A DNA stretch of 63,316 nt, filler included, from Sphacelaria rigidula (Eukaryota), in the NCBI GenBank assembly GCA_964200075.2. It is 10 parts of 10 records of this genome, joined end to end, with 100 filler letters (N's around TTAATTAATTAA, not from the genome) between each part and the next. Parts side by side here need not be neighbours in the genome. Positions count along the whole stretch, not along the records: positions 12,685 to 18,926 come from CAXNAA020021280.1; positions 19,027 to 25,268 come from CAXNAA020021281.1; positions 25,369 to 31,610 come from CAXNAA020021282.1; 7 more parts are not named here. The stretch is one strand, 5' to 3'. The position numbers and the translations under genes were made by a program. The notes below the pieces were generated by a model that made no database searches, was not told the origin of the DNA, and was given only the letters and a program-made list of their open reading frames with translations. Positions 13,764-26,471 of this stretch are shown one piece after another (within the stretch, counting starts at the first letter, position 1; each line of letters starts with the position of its first letter).

Positions 13764-14582
13764 TATGCAATGGCGATACCGGTCGGGCGCTTAATAATGA
13801 ATACAGAAAAAATGGTGTTTTTCACCCTGCATACTGCTGTAGCGCTTGTTTACGTTGGGTGAACATTGTGATTTTGTCAGGTGACTTGACGTCGTGGAAA
13901 GTGATGGTGCCAGAGACGCGGAGGGATTCAGGAGGGTGGTTTTGTCGAAACGCAACAAAATGGACGCTCTCCGGCCGTTTCCAAAATGTTTGTTGTCATT
14001 ATCCAAGCGATTTTTTTCAACTGGTCATTGTACCCGATGATCACGGAGACAAGACCGTCCCGTACCGTGCGGTACTACAGCTGTAGCGTGCTGGAGCCAT
14101 CAGATACAAGTGGGGTGCACTGTGGCTATATTCTCAAGTTTCTGAAGGTCTACAAGAAACAACAAGTTGCACGCTCTGAATGAAGAACAATCTGGTGGGT
14201 CGCAAATGACAGAATAAAACGCTGCTACCAGGCTGCTGCTACTGCCATTCTGTCCGAAAACGGCAATAGAAGCAGTGCAGTGGTGGCAGAGTACAGAGCC
14301 GACAGGGTAAGGTCGGAGGTGCTCTTCTGTCTTATTTTCCCTGTAACGACTCCACTCCGCAGATCTTGGAGAAGTCAAGACAGAGCAAGAGACCGACGTC
14401 TGTTGTTAGGGTATAGCATAGTAGCGCGGTGTCGTACCGTTGCAAGTGTTGTGTTGTAGTTGGTAACCATTGTTGGTGCAACATTCAACAATCGATTCAG
14501 ACGGTGAAGTAGGAACGGCAGACGGGGCTTCTGAGAGGAGTCTCGAGTTTGCATCTCGCGCGTATACCAGTGCGATTGAGGG

Positions 14583-16743
14583 ATGACCGGCACAGCTGCA
14601 CCCTCTGTTACTCGGCATCATGGGCGGGCATCCTCTTCCTCTGCGGATAAGCTACTGCTTGATTGCTGCAAGGCGATCAGGAAGGAGTCGACTTGGACGC
14701 AGCGAAAGCTTCGCCAGGCTTGCGACTGGGCGATACGTGAGTAGATTAGTATATAGTAACAATGAGAGTTGCAACACCGCGAGAGAGCGTCATCTTGGTT
14801 GTATGTTCTGTACCGTACATCTGTCGAATGTAGTATCAGTGTGTCCCTTCATGTTCAAACTGTTGGAATACGTCACGCATGACCTCATTTGTGCGCCACG
14901 ACCAGGGCTCATTCCAAATCCCTCAAAGATACAGAATTTTTCACGGGATTCCGCCCGGGAGTGTGCCCGTCCCACCGGTTCATGAGAATTGGTCGGACTC
15001 GCGTGTTCTACATTATCTATTCGCTTCAAACCCTGGACAATATATGGTCATCAGATTCAATACACCAGAACTATGCTGGGTTAAGCCTTAGACACGAGCG
15101 TCGCCTCGGAGTAGTTGCACAGGCTGACAGTCCTGAGACATTCGAGGGTTTCCAGTGGCCGGGGGGGGTGGGTTTTTTTGGGGGGGGGAACGCCTGTCCG
15201 CAGAGGAGTCAAAAAGCTCACCAAGTCAACCATGTGTGTTTGAAAGTTTCCTGCGGAATATTATGAGCCGTGCAGGAGGCCTGAGAGGCGCGGGATGCCC
15301 ATTCTGACCAATCACGGTCGTCAAAATGAGTGGAGTGCAGCAGTACTGTGTGCCAGACCGGGGCTTCCTCCTGCCCAGACTGCATTGAACGAGCAGCTGT
15401 GCTGACTTACTGAGGGTGCGCAATATCCGACGATGGAAATGGAAACGAACATTGAACATTGCGATGGAAGATACGCCGTGCACTTTCCCATTTGAAGATT
15501 ATGACATTTGGAAAATTTGCATGTTGTAGAAGACGTGTGAAAATGGGGGGAATGATGGAAAGTTGAGGACAACTATACTCATACGTGTTCATGGTACAGT
15601 AGATGCACGTCCGTGACAGTTATGCCGGCCACCATATTTACCGTACAGAAGCACACACGGTATGTATGGAAATATGGCACTCAAGCCATGTCGCGGACGC
15701 TTGAGGCGCACTAGAGTGAGTGAACGTGTAGAAATGGGTTACGTTCAAAGTAGGCCGATGATTACACTGAAGTTGTCCGCTTACACTGAAGTTGTCCGCT
15801 GTTTGTCGATGCCACGTGAGCGCAGATGAATTGGAACGAGGCCAGCACGCGGGAGCAGGATTGGCCCGGTACTATCGCGTGGTGGATTTGGCGTTGAAAT
15901 CATCCTCGGAAGATCTGGTGGAAGCCACGTTGCCACAGCTTCAAAAACTAATAGGTTAGGGGGGGTTTTGCTGTTGATTCATTTTGTATTCTTGTTTGAG
16001 CTGAGGACTTGTTCATTGCTTTGGTATCTTGCCGCGAACAGTGCCGGGAAAAAGAAAAAAAAATGTGCTGTAGCGCTTGTTGTTGCCGTACTATGAGCGC
16101 GGTGGTACCGTGTGAAGCCCATACTTGGGTATTTATGTTCACCTTTATATTCCATACTCAAAACATGCATATCACGGTATCGCAAAACGTTGGCGCTCGA
16201 CTCTTGCAGGATATCCCGTGGCAAGTCTGCGGTGTTTCGGGGGGCGAGGGGAGGAGAACGGTCGTTTGGAAGTATTTTCCGCCCACACCTTTTTACCACG
16301 CACGCGTGCGTGTCGCTTTTTTTTATAAAACACCGACCAAATCACAGGCACTCCGAGTTTTTCCTAGTCCCTTCACACACAAATTCCGCACCGGGCTGAT
16401 CATGCACCACTTGTTCCACACTGGCGTTTCGTATACACGGCACATACGAACATGTATGTATGTATTTGTGTGCGTGTACCGTTATTTTCCAACATGCAGA
16501 TTTTTTTCGTTTGTAATCGCGTGTGTATGTGGTCTCCTTTTGCCGACTGATAATGAAACAGCGGGGGGTCTGATCCCTCGAGGCATGGTAACCACGCTCG
16601 ACGACGGTACCACAGTCACCCTCGCAGACACCGTGGTGGACGTGGTGTTGGAAGCGGGAGCCGCCGACCAAACCGTGCGGCGAGGCGGGCGTGCGCAGGC
16701 GGTGAGATGCCTGCTGGCTTGTGTGGCATCTCCGGAGATCCAG
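14583..16743 (+). CDS. 5' exons of a DCB-domain protein (BIG/Sec7 ARF-GEF or MON2-like); exons 14583-14736, 15826-15954, 16562-16743
   Basis: GT-AG junctions with compatible phases (1,1,0) splice to ...KAIRKESTWTQRKLRQACDWAI-HELERG...RYYRVVDLALKSSSEDLVEATLPQLQKLI-AGGLI...AQAVRCLLACVASPEIQ. This parallels the BIG1 DCB motifs LRKACEVAL, LDCLQKLIAYG and IIKALLTAVTS. Downstream exons were not resolved. Confidence 0.8.
15155..15330. repeat. Intronic dispersed repeat; second copy at ~16846-17025
   Basis: Both copies share AGTCAACCATG.GTGTT.GAAAGTTTCC.GCGGAA.ATTAT.AGCC and CCATTCTGA.CAATCACGG..TCAAAATG, and both are preceded by G-tracts. Confidence 0.75.
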
Positions 16744-17891
16744 GTGAGATTTTCACAGCAAGCGTCGCCTCGGAACAGATTCACAGGCTGGCGATTGTTG
16801 CAATCGGCTAGTGTGAGATAATCAATCAATCAATCGATCGATCAAGTCCGGGGACATCCGGGGGGGTGCAGAGGACGGGGGGGGGCTGTTCGCAAAACAG
16901 CCGAAAAACTTGCCGAGTCAACCATGCGTGTTGAAAAGTTTCCCGCGGAAAATTATAAGCCAGTGACGAGACCCGAGAGGAGCGGAGTGACCATTCTGAT
17001 CAATCACGGCTATCAAAATGGTCACTTTATTCCCCTGCAGGTGGACGACAGGTGGGCGGACTACTTCGCTGTCTAGCCGTATTTCTCGTTTTGGTCATGG
17101 CAATTTAACCAAAAATAACACGGACGCAAATAACGTGCCTTTTGTACTCTGCTCGTGGTCTATGCTGCCTGCCTGGCCCTCATGTGCTGCCAGTACAGCT
17201 TCATACTGTCTGCAGTGTTATTTTGGAAGACTTGACAGAGACGTCAGCAGCATCCAGCTCAGTGGAGAGCGATCGCACGCTGATTTTTTTCTGTCGTTTG
17301 TGTCCAGCGGAGACATACCGCGCACATACTGGCTCTGCACGCCATTGACTGCAGGGTCAAAACCGGTCAGGGGTTCTCGGGGACTTTCTTCTATTCAGAT
17401 GCCCCAACATGTACGTGTGTGTTAAAAAAAGACATTTTGTGTGACGAGAAAAGAGCCGTTTGGAACCCCAAATGTGACGGAGTCCATCTGAGTCCATGTG
17501 AGGGGGGTTCGCGTCTAAGGTCAAGGGTACATGCCGAAGTTTGACTCGAGAAGGTACAGAAAAAGTGAAAGTTATCCATGTGTTTATACAGAGAGAGGAA
17601 TACGTCATTTTTAGGATACATACATCCTCCAGCTATGGGCCGGTGAAGGGCGGGTTCAAGGGCGCGTTTCATTTTTTCTCGTCCCCTCTTCCAGCTTTTC
17701 CGTGGGCGCGTCTTCACGCGTAGAACGGATACACAGAGATCGTCATAGTATAAGTGGAGTAGAAGAATATGTGCTGACGTGCTTCCCCCCCGGCAGGAGG
17801 CTCCAACTCTGGAGCTCTTGTCCCATGAATCGGCTGCATCTGAACGACTATCGCTAGCTGTCAAATATCGAGTGGAAGTAATGTCAATTTT

Positions 17892-18140
17892 GACACTTTC
17901 TACGATAACCCCCCCAAAAAACCAGTGTCATGGAAAAAATGATCGTACAGCGTCTGATGTTTGGGTTCAGGCTGCATGAAGCGCCTCATGTGGGTGACAT
18001 TGGCGAGAACGAACCCAAGCCTGGGAATTCCCAGCTGCTCGTTGTGCTCGATTTCCTCCATTTCGATTTACGCGAACATTTTGCCCCCCCAAACCAGGCA
18101 CTCTTGTGAGGGAGGGGGGGGGGCTATCGTAGAAAGTGTA
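17892..18140 (+). mobile_element. MITE family D (249 bp) with 4-bp TSD TTTT
   Basis: TTTT|GACACTTTCTACGATAACCCCC...GGGGCTATCGTAGAAAGTGTA|TTTT. Confidence 0.9.
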
Positions 18141-18693
18141 TTTTCCAGTTAGACATACCCGGGCGCTCGAAGCGGCTGTGAACGGGTTGATGTACAATCG
18201 GGGGCAAGTCGTGGATGTACTGTGCAAAGTGTGGCGGCTGTGGTTCTTGATTTTCCGTCCACGACCTTCGTTGTTCGCTGCTCTGCAGCAGTTGTCCCTC
18301 CCGCCTATCTTCTTCCCGCCGTCGCCCCCGCACCCTGCGAAGCTATACCATGCGCAGTTTTATCGGGTGTTGGTGTTTGCCATGGAGTACTACGCGTCGA
18401 GGCAGGGCAACCGTTGAACACTGTGCAGACGAAGAACTGAATACTGCTGTACCACACGCAAAAAACAGCGGTAAGCGTAGTGGCAAAAATAACCCTCTTG
18501 TGGCGTACAATATACATCGTGCTGGGAATGCACAACAATTCTCACAAAAAGACGGTCGGAATGTGAAGATGTGATTTCCTCGATTGACAATTGTGGGAAT
18601 TGTGCCCTCCTATCTGGTATCATAGTATCCACAGAAATCCTATTTTCTTTTCCATTTTACTCCGTCTCGTTTGAGAAAGAGTACGCCCATCCA

Positions 18694-18926
18694 GGGAGGG
18701 GGGGGGGTGTACTCATGATCATGTATGCCATAGTCGTAGGACCATTGGCCTCGCATCCCTTCAAAGCCGGGATGGAGCACCACGGGTTTTCGCCGGACCA
18801 GGCTCGCGATCAATCACCAAGGGCCAAGCGCTGTGGTATGTTCGGCGAGTCGCACGAAGGGTGAACTGCATCCTGCCAAGATTGTTCGGCGCGAAGCGCA
18901 CTGACTATCTTGCAGTTGGATGACCG
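18694..18926 (-). mobile_element. 3' part of the poly(C)-tailed SINE-like element
   Basis: On + it reads as a G-run followed by GTACTCATGATCATG.ATGCCATAGTCGTAGGACCATTG.CCTCGCATCCCT; colinear with 41132-41350. Confidence 0.85.
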
Positions 18927-19393
18927 NNNNNNNNNNNNNNNNNNNNNNNNNNNNNNNNNNNNNNNNNNNNTTAATTAATTAANNNNNNNNNNNNNNNNNN
19001 NNNNNNNNNNNNNNNNNNNNNNNNNNCAGCGCAACCCCATCTCACGAAAGATCCCCCCCCCCCCCCTCGCCCCCCCCCCCCCTCTCCGCCCCCCGCCCCC
19101 CGCCCCATCGTAGCATCCCTCTAAAGGGGTATCCATTTGCATTTCTAGGCACTGCGCTCAGTTTCCTAGAAAATAAATGCAAAACAGGAGCCCGGGAATA
19201 GCACACAGACAGTCTCTACGGGAAATTTGGAGAAGCAGAACAAACAGGCACACCACCCACCACCCACCAGCTGCCAGCATGACCGCGATAACAAGCAACA
19301 ACTCACCAACGGTTACGGCAATAACAGTACGGTCAACAGCACCGCCATAATACCACAACCAACGCGATCACCGCTTATACCACCAGAACCCAC

Positions 19394-20420
19394 CTGAGAA
19401 TTTTCTGGATTTCGAGCGATCTCCGCTTCGAAGCACAGCGCAGCATCCGCGATCTGCCCATCCTCAAACAGCCTGACGCCTTCCGCGAACGGGTCCTCGA
19501 GTTCCGAGAACCGATTCTCAGGATTCAACTCGTAGGGCGCCTCTCGTCTGGCGCCTTCGAGGTAGTCTCCCGTCTCGAGCTGATCCGCTGTTTTGCCCCA
19601 GATGCCTTGGAGGGTTTCGGGTTCTCCGTCCTCATCTAGAAAGGCAGATTGTTCATCCCACGCGGCTCGGAGGTCTGGGTCTTGTGTAGCTTCGGTCCAC
19701 GCGGCCTCCATTTTTTCCTTTAAAGCCCTGTTGGAAATGAATGCATCCAGTGGTGGCGTTTTTTCTTTTACTTGCCGTGTTTTTCTAGTAGCGTTACATC
19801 GTTCTTATCGTTCGAAATATGGGGAAAGAGCAGTTAGTTTACAGTACCAGCATGCGTTTGCTGCGGTGTGCATTTGAGGGTGTGTCGGTTGGGTATGTGG
19901 GTTGCCACTAACGATCTACACTGACCACACGCTCACCGTCTTCGACAACACCAGTACTTCGGCGAGTAACGCCGCGTGTTCTCTACAAACATCCCGCAAC
20001 ACTAAATCATACCGTTCTGCTTGGCGGACTAAAGAGCCACCACAAGAAAAAAGAAACACGGTTTTTCCTTTTGCTCCATCTAAACTCACCGCGTTAAAAA
20101 AACGTACTGACAAATTACAAAAGCCGAAGCGCACACCGCACCCCAACAACTGAGGTCAACCGTCACCCGCTCATGGCATGTCCTCTAACCGCCATGTCCC
20201 CCCCGCCGCCCCCTCCGACAGCCCTCACACTCTACCGCAAAGTCTGAGCCGCCGTGAATTCTCAACAGGCTTCCGAAACTCACGCTTCATCGGCGCTCGA
20301 AAATTCCTCTCCCTTCGCGGCGTCGCCCCAGGCCTGATTCAGAGAAGGTTCTTCGCGGGCGCCGACCCCGGAGTCCAATCCGCTCCAGGCTTCGCTGAAA
20401 GACTCGTTTCTTTCGCTTGC
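19394..20420 (-). CDS. PEX5: Peroxisomal targeting signal 1 receptor, internal exons 20420-20284 and 19727-19394
   Basis: An acidic region with repeated Trp motifs (FSEAW, LNQAW, MEAAW, LRAAW) is followed by YELNPENRFSELEDPFAEGVRLFEDGQIADAALCFEAEIARNPENSQ, typical of the start of the PEX5 TPR domain. The phase-2 GT-AG junction between the exons is consistent. Confidence 0.85.
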
Positions 20421-23400
20421 CTTGTTTTCGGGTGAGAGGGGCGTGTGATGTGATTCGTTACACATTTGTCAATTCCAAAACGATTAATCTTTGTGAAGGT
20501 GATTTCGGGGGCGATGCCCATGGGGCATCAGCTCTCAACCAATCGGAAGGGCCAAAAGAATAACAGCACGAATATTATATTATTCGATCGATGATACGAT
20601 TGCTCGGCCGTGGTCGGACAACCGTATGCGTGAAATGGGGTACATGGGGGAAATGGAGAAATATCTGGTACTGTATCGTGAAGTAGAAGCGCTGGGAGCT
20701 TCGTTGCGGTCCCACGTATCACACAACTGGCGGATGCGTGGTTCCGTGCCCTTGGATAGAGGAAAAGTTAGTAAGTCCTCCATCCAGTCATGTCAATCTG
20801 ATGAGTGTTGTCGACCGCGCTACTGATTCCCAAGCCGCGTTTTTTGTGTGTTGCTCCTTCGCTGTATAAGGAAATGAGATCAACTCTAATGAGACCCATT
20901 CAAAATTACAATCGCGCCCGTTTCTTTGACGAAATGTGAAGGACGCATCTTACAGAACAAAATCAGTGACGAGTTTCAACAAAACTAACCCCGATTATTT
21001 TCACCTTTGGTCAGCGGTCGGGTTTCTTATCACAGCGGGCACCCCATGTTGAACGCCCGACCTGGATTGAGGAGCTGTTCAAAATCGGGTACATCAGTAA
21101 ATTATCGGATATATCATGTTTTACTGTACTACTGCAGCACAAACACTAACGCCCTCTCTCATGCGCTGTTTTCTACCACTGTACTGTGGTATGTCGAGAC
21201 CTTGCGAAGGCGATTTGGTCTCAGCTGGGATTGCCTGAGCTGCTGTACTCTTGTGTTCCGCTCTGTACAAAAATAATTGTAGTCGGCCACTAGTGCTGTC
21301 TTGCTAAAAGTTGAAAATGTCGCCGTGTGTCGGTTGGATGTTGTGTCTTCCGTAACGAACAAGACGTTTTCGGTAGCTGACGCTGTAGTGTGGTACGTTT
21401 GAACCCTGCAAATAAGATTTGATCTTCGTTGGGAATCGCCTGGACCGTTGTACTGTGACGTCCCGGTCTGTACAAAGCTAGTCGGCACGGAGTGCTGTCT
21501 ACTGCAAAATGACCAAAGCGCTTAGTCCCCCCATCCATCATTTCCACGCTCTTGATGTCGCTGTACTGTGACGACTCCGAACCATTCGAACACGGTTTGA
21601 TCTACGCTGGAGACTGCCTCGGCTCCTGTACCGCTGCTGTCGCCCGATCTATATAGATTTGAAGTGGGAACCACGTGCTGTTATTCAAAGTTGAACAAGT
21701 ACCTTGATGGTGTGCAGCCGTTGTCTCTTCTTTGGGTGCCGATGGACGGGTGCAAAACTGCTCATTTCCGCCTTTGCGTCATAGGACATGTTTTTTTTGC
21801 CTGCGCTTAAAATCGCAGGAGAAATTGATCAGCGAACAACGTCCGGAAAACTCTTGTGATTTTTGTGCCAAAAAGGTTGATCTGAGATGACTGAGAGTCG
21901 AACCATCAAAATGTGTCGAGTTAAAAAGTTCCACATTCGAAAAGAACAAGGGCTGCACTGTACTCTACTCTACTCTACCCCCTTTTAGCTTAGGGCGTCG
22001 TGAGCAGTGTGTGAACACAACCCATATCTGCGCCTGCTTTGTGTTTGGATTGGGAGTTATCAGACGTCCGACAAATATTTCAACAACAATCTCCGCCCTG
22101 CTCTCCTTCACTATAGGTCCAATCTGAGCCTAGCCGGTATCAAATGAAAGGACTGTGCAAGTTCCAACACAAGAGGCGCCCACTACCACCAGCGGGTATG
22201 TACCCGTCGCCTGATCGGTAATGCAAAGACGCAGGGACCCCGCCGTTCAACGGCCCCTCTTCTGACAGTCCCGCGCACGTACGCATGATAACACCCCTTC
22301 TACAATTTAAACTCTGTACATTTTTTGTTCCGTTTCCTTGCGTCTTCATCCTCAATCCACGCCAATTGAGTTTACTTGTTCACGGGAGGTAAAGCCATGA
22401 ACGTGCAGCCCATATCCCAACGCATATACCCACCAGATCGCAATAGTGGCAAACCTCGCATTTGTGCTCACGCAGCATAAACGCACTCTTGCGTTGTTGT
22501 ACTCGATTTTTTTCGAAAGAAAATTCCAAAATTCCAAAACAGAAAAAAAAACTGGCATAAATGGCATGTATTATGTAACTAGGCCTAGTCGCCTCCGAGA
22601 AGGCAGCCTCACTACACCTTTGTCCTGTCATGTTCTCACGAACAGAGGCTCGAGTCGTATGCGCCCGTTACAGTGCAGAGCTGTCAGCAACAAAACAACT
22701 CAAAACCAAACCACAGTAAGCGTTCAGTCCAGGTATTCACAGAAATTAATTATTCCCTTGTAGTTTACGATACGAACCAGAGCCAATAGTTCCACGCGAC
22801 TATGAAGCTTACTGGTAGGGATTCACTTGGAGCTCAGAGCAACGGTGGCTATAGCTGATGAAGTCCGGTATCCGAGAGAGAGTGCTCTGGGAGGGGCTGA
22901 ACGCAGCTACATGGAACTATCTTACGCCCAAATTAAAACCCTGCTCAGTCATGACACAGAATCAAAAAGCCGAAGACCCTCAATCCAAAAAAACTCTGAT
23001 GTGCACAGAAACATTCAATGCGCAGCCGACAAGCCAATCAACCATATAACTTGTATCTCGTATCGAGCAACAATTCGGAACATCGACTTGGATCTTCCAA
23101 CAAGCTGCCATCCCTCAACGGCCAAATCAAGGATTCATATCCAGACGTTGCTTTACTCCGAGATATGTGTGCCCGAGAGATTACAGATCCCGAGGCCAGT
23201 CCCTTCAAATACCATGACACATTACTGAGAATCGAATCCATGATCCGACTTGTTTTCGGCGATCCGACCCGATGAAGTCATTATCCACAGCAGGCAAGAT
23301 CATGGAAGTGCAGCCCATATACCAACGCATACACCAAAACAGATTGCAAGGAGGACATATCTCGCGTCTGAATCGACGCAATACAACGCACCATGACACT

Positions 23401-23713
23401 GTTGTTGCTGTTCTTGTACCTTGTACTTAGATACTAAACTCAAAATATGTAGACGCAAAATTTCCGGGATTGCAAAAAGAAGGGAAAAAAAGCGACATGA
23501 CTTTGCATGACTTGAGAACGGCAACCCCACGATCCGGGATATTTTTCAGCGTTTGGCACGACGGCTTTCAGTGTCCCGTCACTCACGATTTCGCCCATGG
23601 TTGAATTATGTTATCGTTGGTGCTTTTCTCGACGCACTTTCCGCTGGTTGTTGAAGCTCGCCTTCCATCACTCCTTATATTCGAAGAACAGAGCGCGCGC
23701 CAGTACAGAATCG

Positions 23714-23715
<2 letters not shown>

Positions 23716-23757
<42 letters not shown>
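23716..23757. repeat. (CA)n microsatellite; another at ~62708-62743
   Basis: Directly visible. Confidence 0.95.
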
Positions 23758-23761
<4 letters not shown>

Positions 23762-23929
23762 TTTTGCGCAGCGAGGCATTTCATTATCTTCATTCGATCC
23801 CTTCGACGCCCTCCAAATCTGCGTGTGGCCCGGACAGCGGCCGCGACTGCTTGGACGGGCTCGTCAAGGCATGCACCCGAGCAAGACTTGAGAAGCTGAT
23901 TCTGATAGTACCGTCCTGTACGACCTGTT

Positions 23930-24352
23930 CGTCGGGGACAACGACAAGTACTTCGTTCGCTGCGAGCACTGCTTCGTCCACGACCGTGCGGAGCTCCTCG
24001 CGGACTCGGAAGAATTAGAAAGAAACGTTCGCCTCCGACAACTATTGAATAGCTCGCCTCCAACGCATGCATCCACACTCCTAGCAAAGAAGACCGGACG
24101 CTGAACTCCGCTGCCCGGCAGAGACAACCTTGTCACCCCACGCGAGGCCGACCTTGCTTGGGGTGACCAGGTTGTCTCTTCCGGGCAGCGGAGTTCAGGG
24201 CTTCTTTCTTAGGAGTGTGCATGTTGTGTTTTGAGGCAAACGCTTCTTTGCAATTCTTCACGTGCGCTCTTCAAACTCCACGAGGAGCTCCGCATGGTCG
24301 TGGAAGAAGCAGTGCTCGAAGCGAAGGAAGTCCTTCTCGTTACTACCCGCGG
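23930..24352. repeat. Long, essentially loopless inverted repeat (fold-back) centred at ~24149/24150
   Basis: The inner stem 24101-24198 is nearly perfect (CTGAACTCCGCTGCCCGG.AGAGACAACCT.GTCACCCCA vs its reverse complement). The outer arms GAGCACTGCTTC.TCCACGACC.TGCGGAGCTCCTCG also pair. Confidence 0.9.
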
Positions 24353-24903
24353 ATAGCTCGAAGGTGAGCGTCACCCGCATGCCGTCCCCTTGCCGCGTTC
24401 ATCCCCTCCCCCCTTCTCCACGACACCACTTGCCATCGCGTCCAGTTTTCGCCTTGCCCTCTCCCAGGCTCAACTACGTCCTTATCAGTGTCAAACTATT
24501 ATTTGCTTCCCACATGTATTTGATGCAAACCACATCTCCCACGTTTGTACATATCTTTCTTGTCGCTTACTTCACCCCTTGCCTAGCTTTCTCCTATCGC
24601 GGTGCGTTCCAAAACACACAGGTGCGGGGCCCAACGGAGCATCGTCTGCACGACATTCGAACATGAACAACTCCTTACACAACCGACATCGTCTATGTCA
24701 ACTTCCGGCAGGGCCTGTGACGATTCTTCTTCCTGTTGTCTTTTTTCGTTTTTGTTTCCTTCATACTCGCTTCGTGTCCTCCTCAGCGTCTCAGTCAGCT
24801 CCACTCGGGTTTTTGCGCGTGTTAACACGTGTATTTTCTCGTGCACGGTCATACTTACTTTGTACTATCGTACTCCAGACACTCTCATTTCCGCCCCATC
24901 CAT

Positions 24904-25268
24904 TAGCCTGGTCCGGCGAAAACCCAGTGTGCTCGGTCCTGGCATTGTAGGAGCGGACCCCCTATAGGATTGGCATCGCTTGGCGATGACGCTGTACAAT
25001 CCGCCACTCACTGCGTAAGCTAGGCAACCAGCTTACCGATTTGTTTTGCGCGCTTTTTTTACGGTAACCATGATGGTGGTCGAGCTAGATCATGTTGTGC
25101 GGGGTGGGATAATCTTAACTCCAAGCAAAGGGGATGATCGTACTTCGTGGTGTTTAAATGGTGAGACATCCATGAGGCAGTATATAAGCCGTGGCTGTCT
25201 CTGGAAGTAGCAATAACAGAAAATGAAGCAACTCGCTGGAGGCTGTCATCCAAATGCAAGATAATCAG
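24904..25268 (+). mobile_element. 5' part of the poly(C)-tailed SINE-like element
   Basis: Starts TAGCCTGGTCCGGCGAAAACCC after a C-rich flank; colinear with 31268-31610. Confidence 0.85.
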
Positions 25269-25368
25269 NNNNNNNNNNNNNNNNNNNNNNNNNNNNNNNN
25301 NNNNNNNNNNNNTTAATTAATTAANNNNNNNNNNNNNNNNNNNNNNNNNNNNNNNNNNNNNNNNNNNN

Positions 25369-25429
25369 TGACCTCACATCCCTACAAAGCCGGGACGGAG
25401 CACGCCGGGTTTTCGCCGGACCAGGCTCG
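25369..25429 (-). mobile_element. 5'-truncated SINE-like copy abutting a G/C run
   Basis: TGACCTCACATCCCTACAAAGCCGGGACGGAGCACGCCGGGTTTTCGCCGGACCAGGCT followed by a G-run at ~25431-25448. Confidence 0.85.
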
Positions 25430-26471
25430 AGGAGGGGGGGGGGGGAGGTACACGTGTTCGACGGGCGGCTGCCCCCATACATCATAGATAATCGCGATAG
25501 CAAGTGCTGCACCAAGGGGTCCCACTACCTGGAGGCAAGCATCCACTCTTTTGATGATGGGAAAAAAACGATTGTGGGCGAGGCCTGAAGATAGGGTTAC
25601 AGCAGTATTGCGTTGGAGTACCCTCCTACAGATACAGTGATGACAAAAGCCAGGGCTGTTCTCGCTGCTTTCACCACATTTCCCCCCCCCGTGGTTTGTG
25701 CGGTATGTAGATACTATCCGCGATACCGCACAAATTTGCAATTTTCGGCGCCCATCAACCGCGGTACCACGTTACTTGTTTCCAATTTACCGCGCAAAGC
25801 ATACCGCTAGTCGCTTGTAGCGCACCGTACCGTATCGCAGATTTTCCTGACCTCTCGGCACTTCACCGTGAATTACCGCAGCCGTCCGGTGCAAGTACCG
25901 CAGACCACCGGTACCGCACCGCGCCAAGACAATAAAAAATACGTAGGCATGCTGTGATGTCAGTGACGGGCCCAAGCGAACACATGCGGCCCCTTCACCG
26001 TAGAACAGTTGAGTTCAAACGTTCGAATCCTACGCAACCGCTTTCTTAACAAGTGTTTGTTGTTTGACTCGTGATTTTCCACGGATTTCCCAAGGGCTGG
26101 CAAGATTTTAATCCGGGCACCACATAATCCCCTGCCTCCCCCTTTTAACCTGTGAGAACAATCTCACACATTGGCCGTAAAGCACTACGTACACAGTATG
26201 AAGGCCCCTGGAAGCCACAGGGACTACTGATTAGGTGAACTGATCTTTGCTACACCCCCCTTACAAGGTGCGGCGCCATCACCGGTGAGCCCCCAAACTC
26301 AACGGCGTCACTGGCATTTTGAAGAAATCACAAATGTTCGATCATTCTGAGTTGCGGTCGAACCAATGTCCGAAAGGAAATACATCCTTGCTCCGAGTCC
26401 AGCAACGTAATTTCAATACGTGAACAAACTTCAGAAGTCTGACTACGGGTGGCAGCTCAATAACTGATTTC

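Noticed and set aside
17041..18417. Further exons of the DCB-domain gene (candidate 17041-17051 microexon, ~17810-17877, ~18153 onward)
   Set aside because: Several mutually incompatible splice options exist and none gives a clear motif match.
22827..23290. Overlapping plus-strand ORFs of 133 and 85 aa
   Set aside because: No recognisable motif; they cannot be distinguished from decayed TE or chance ORFs.
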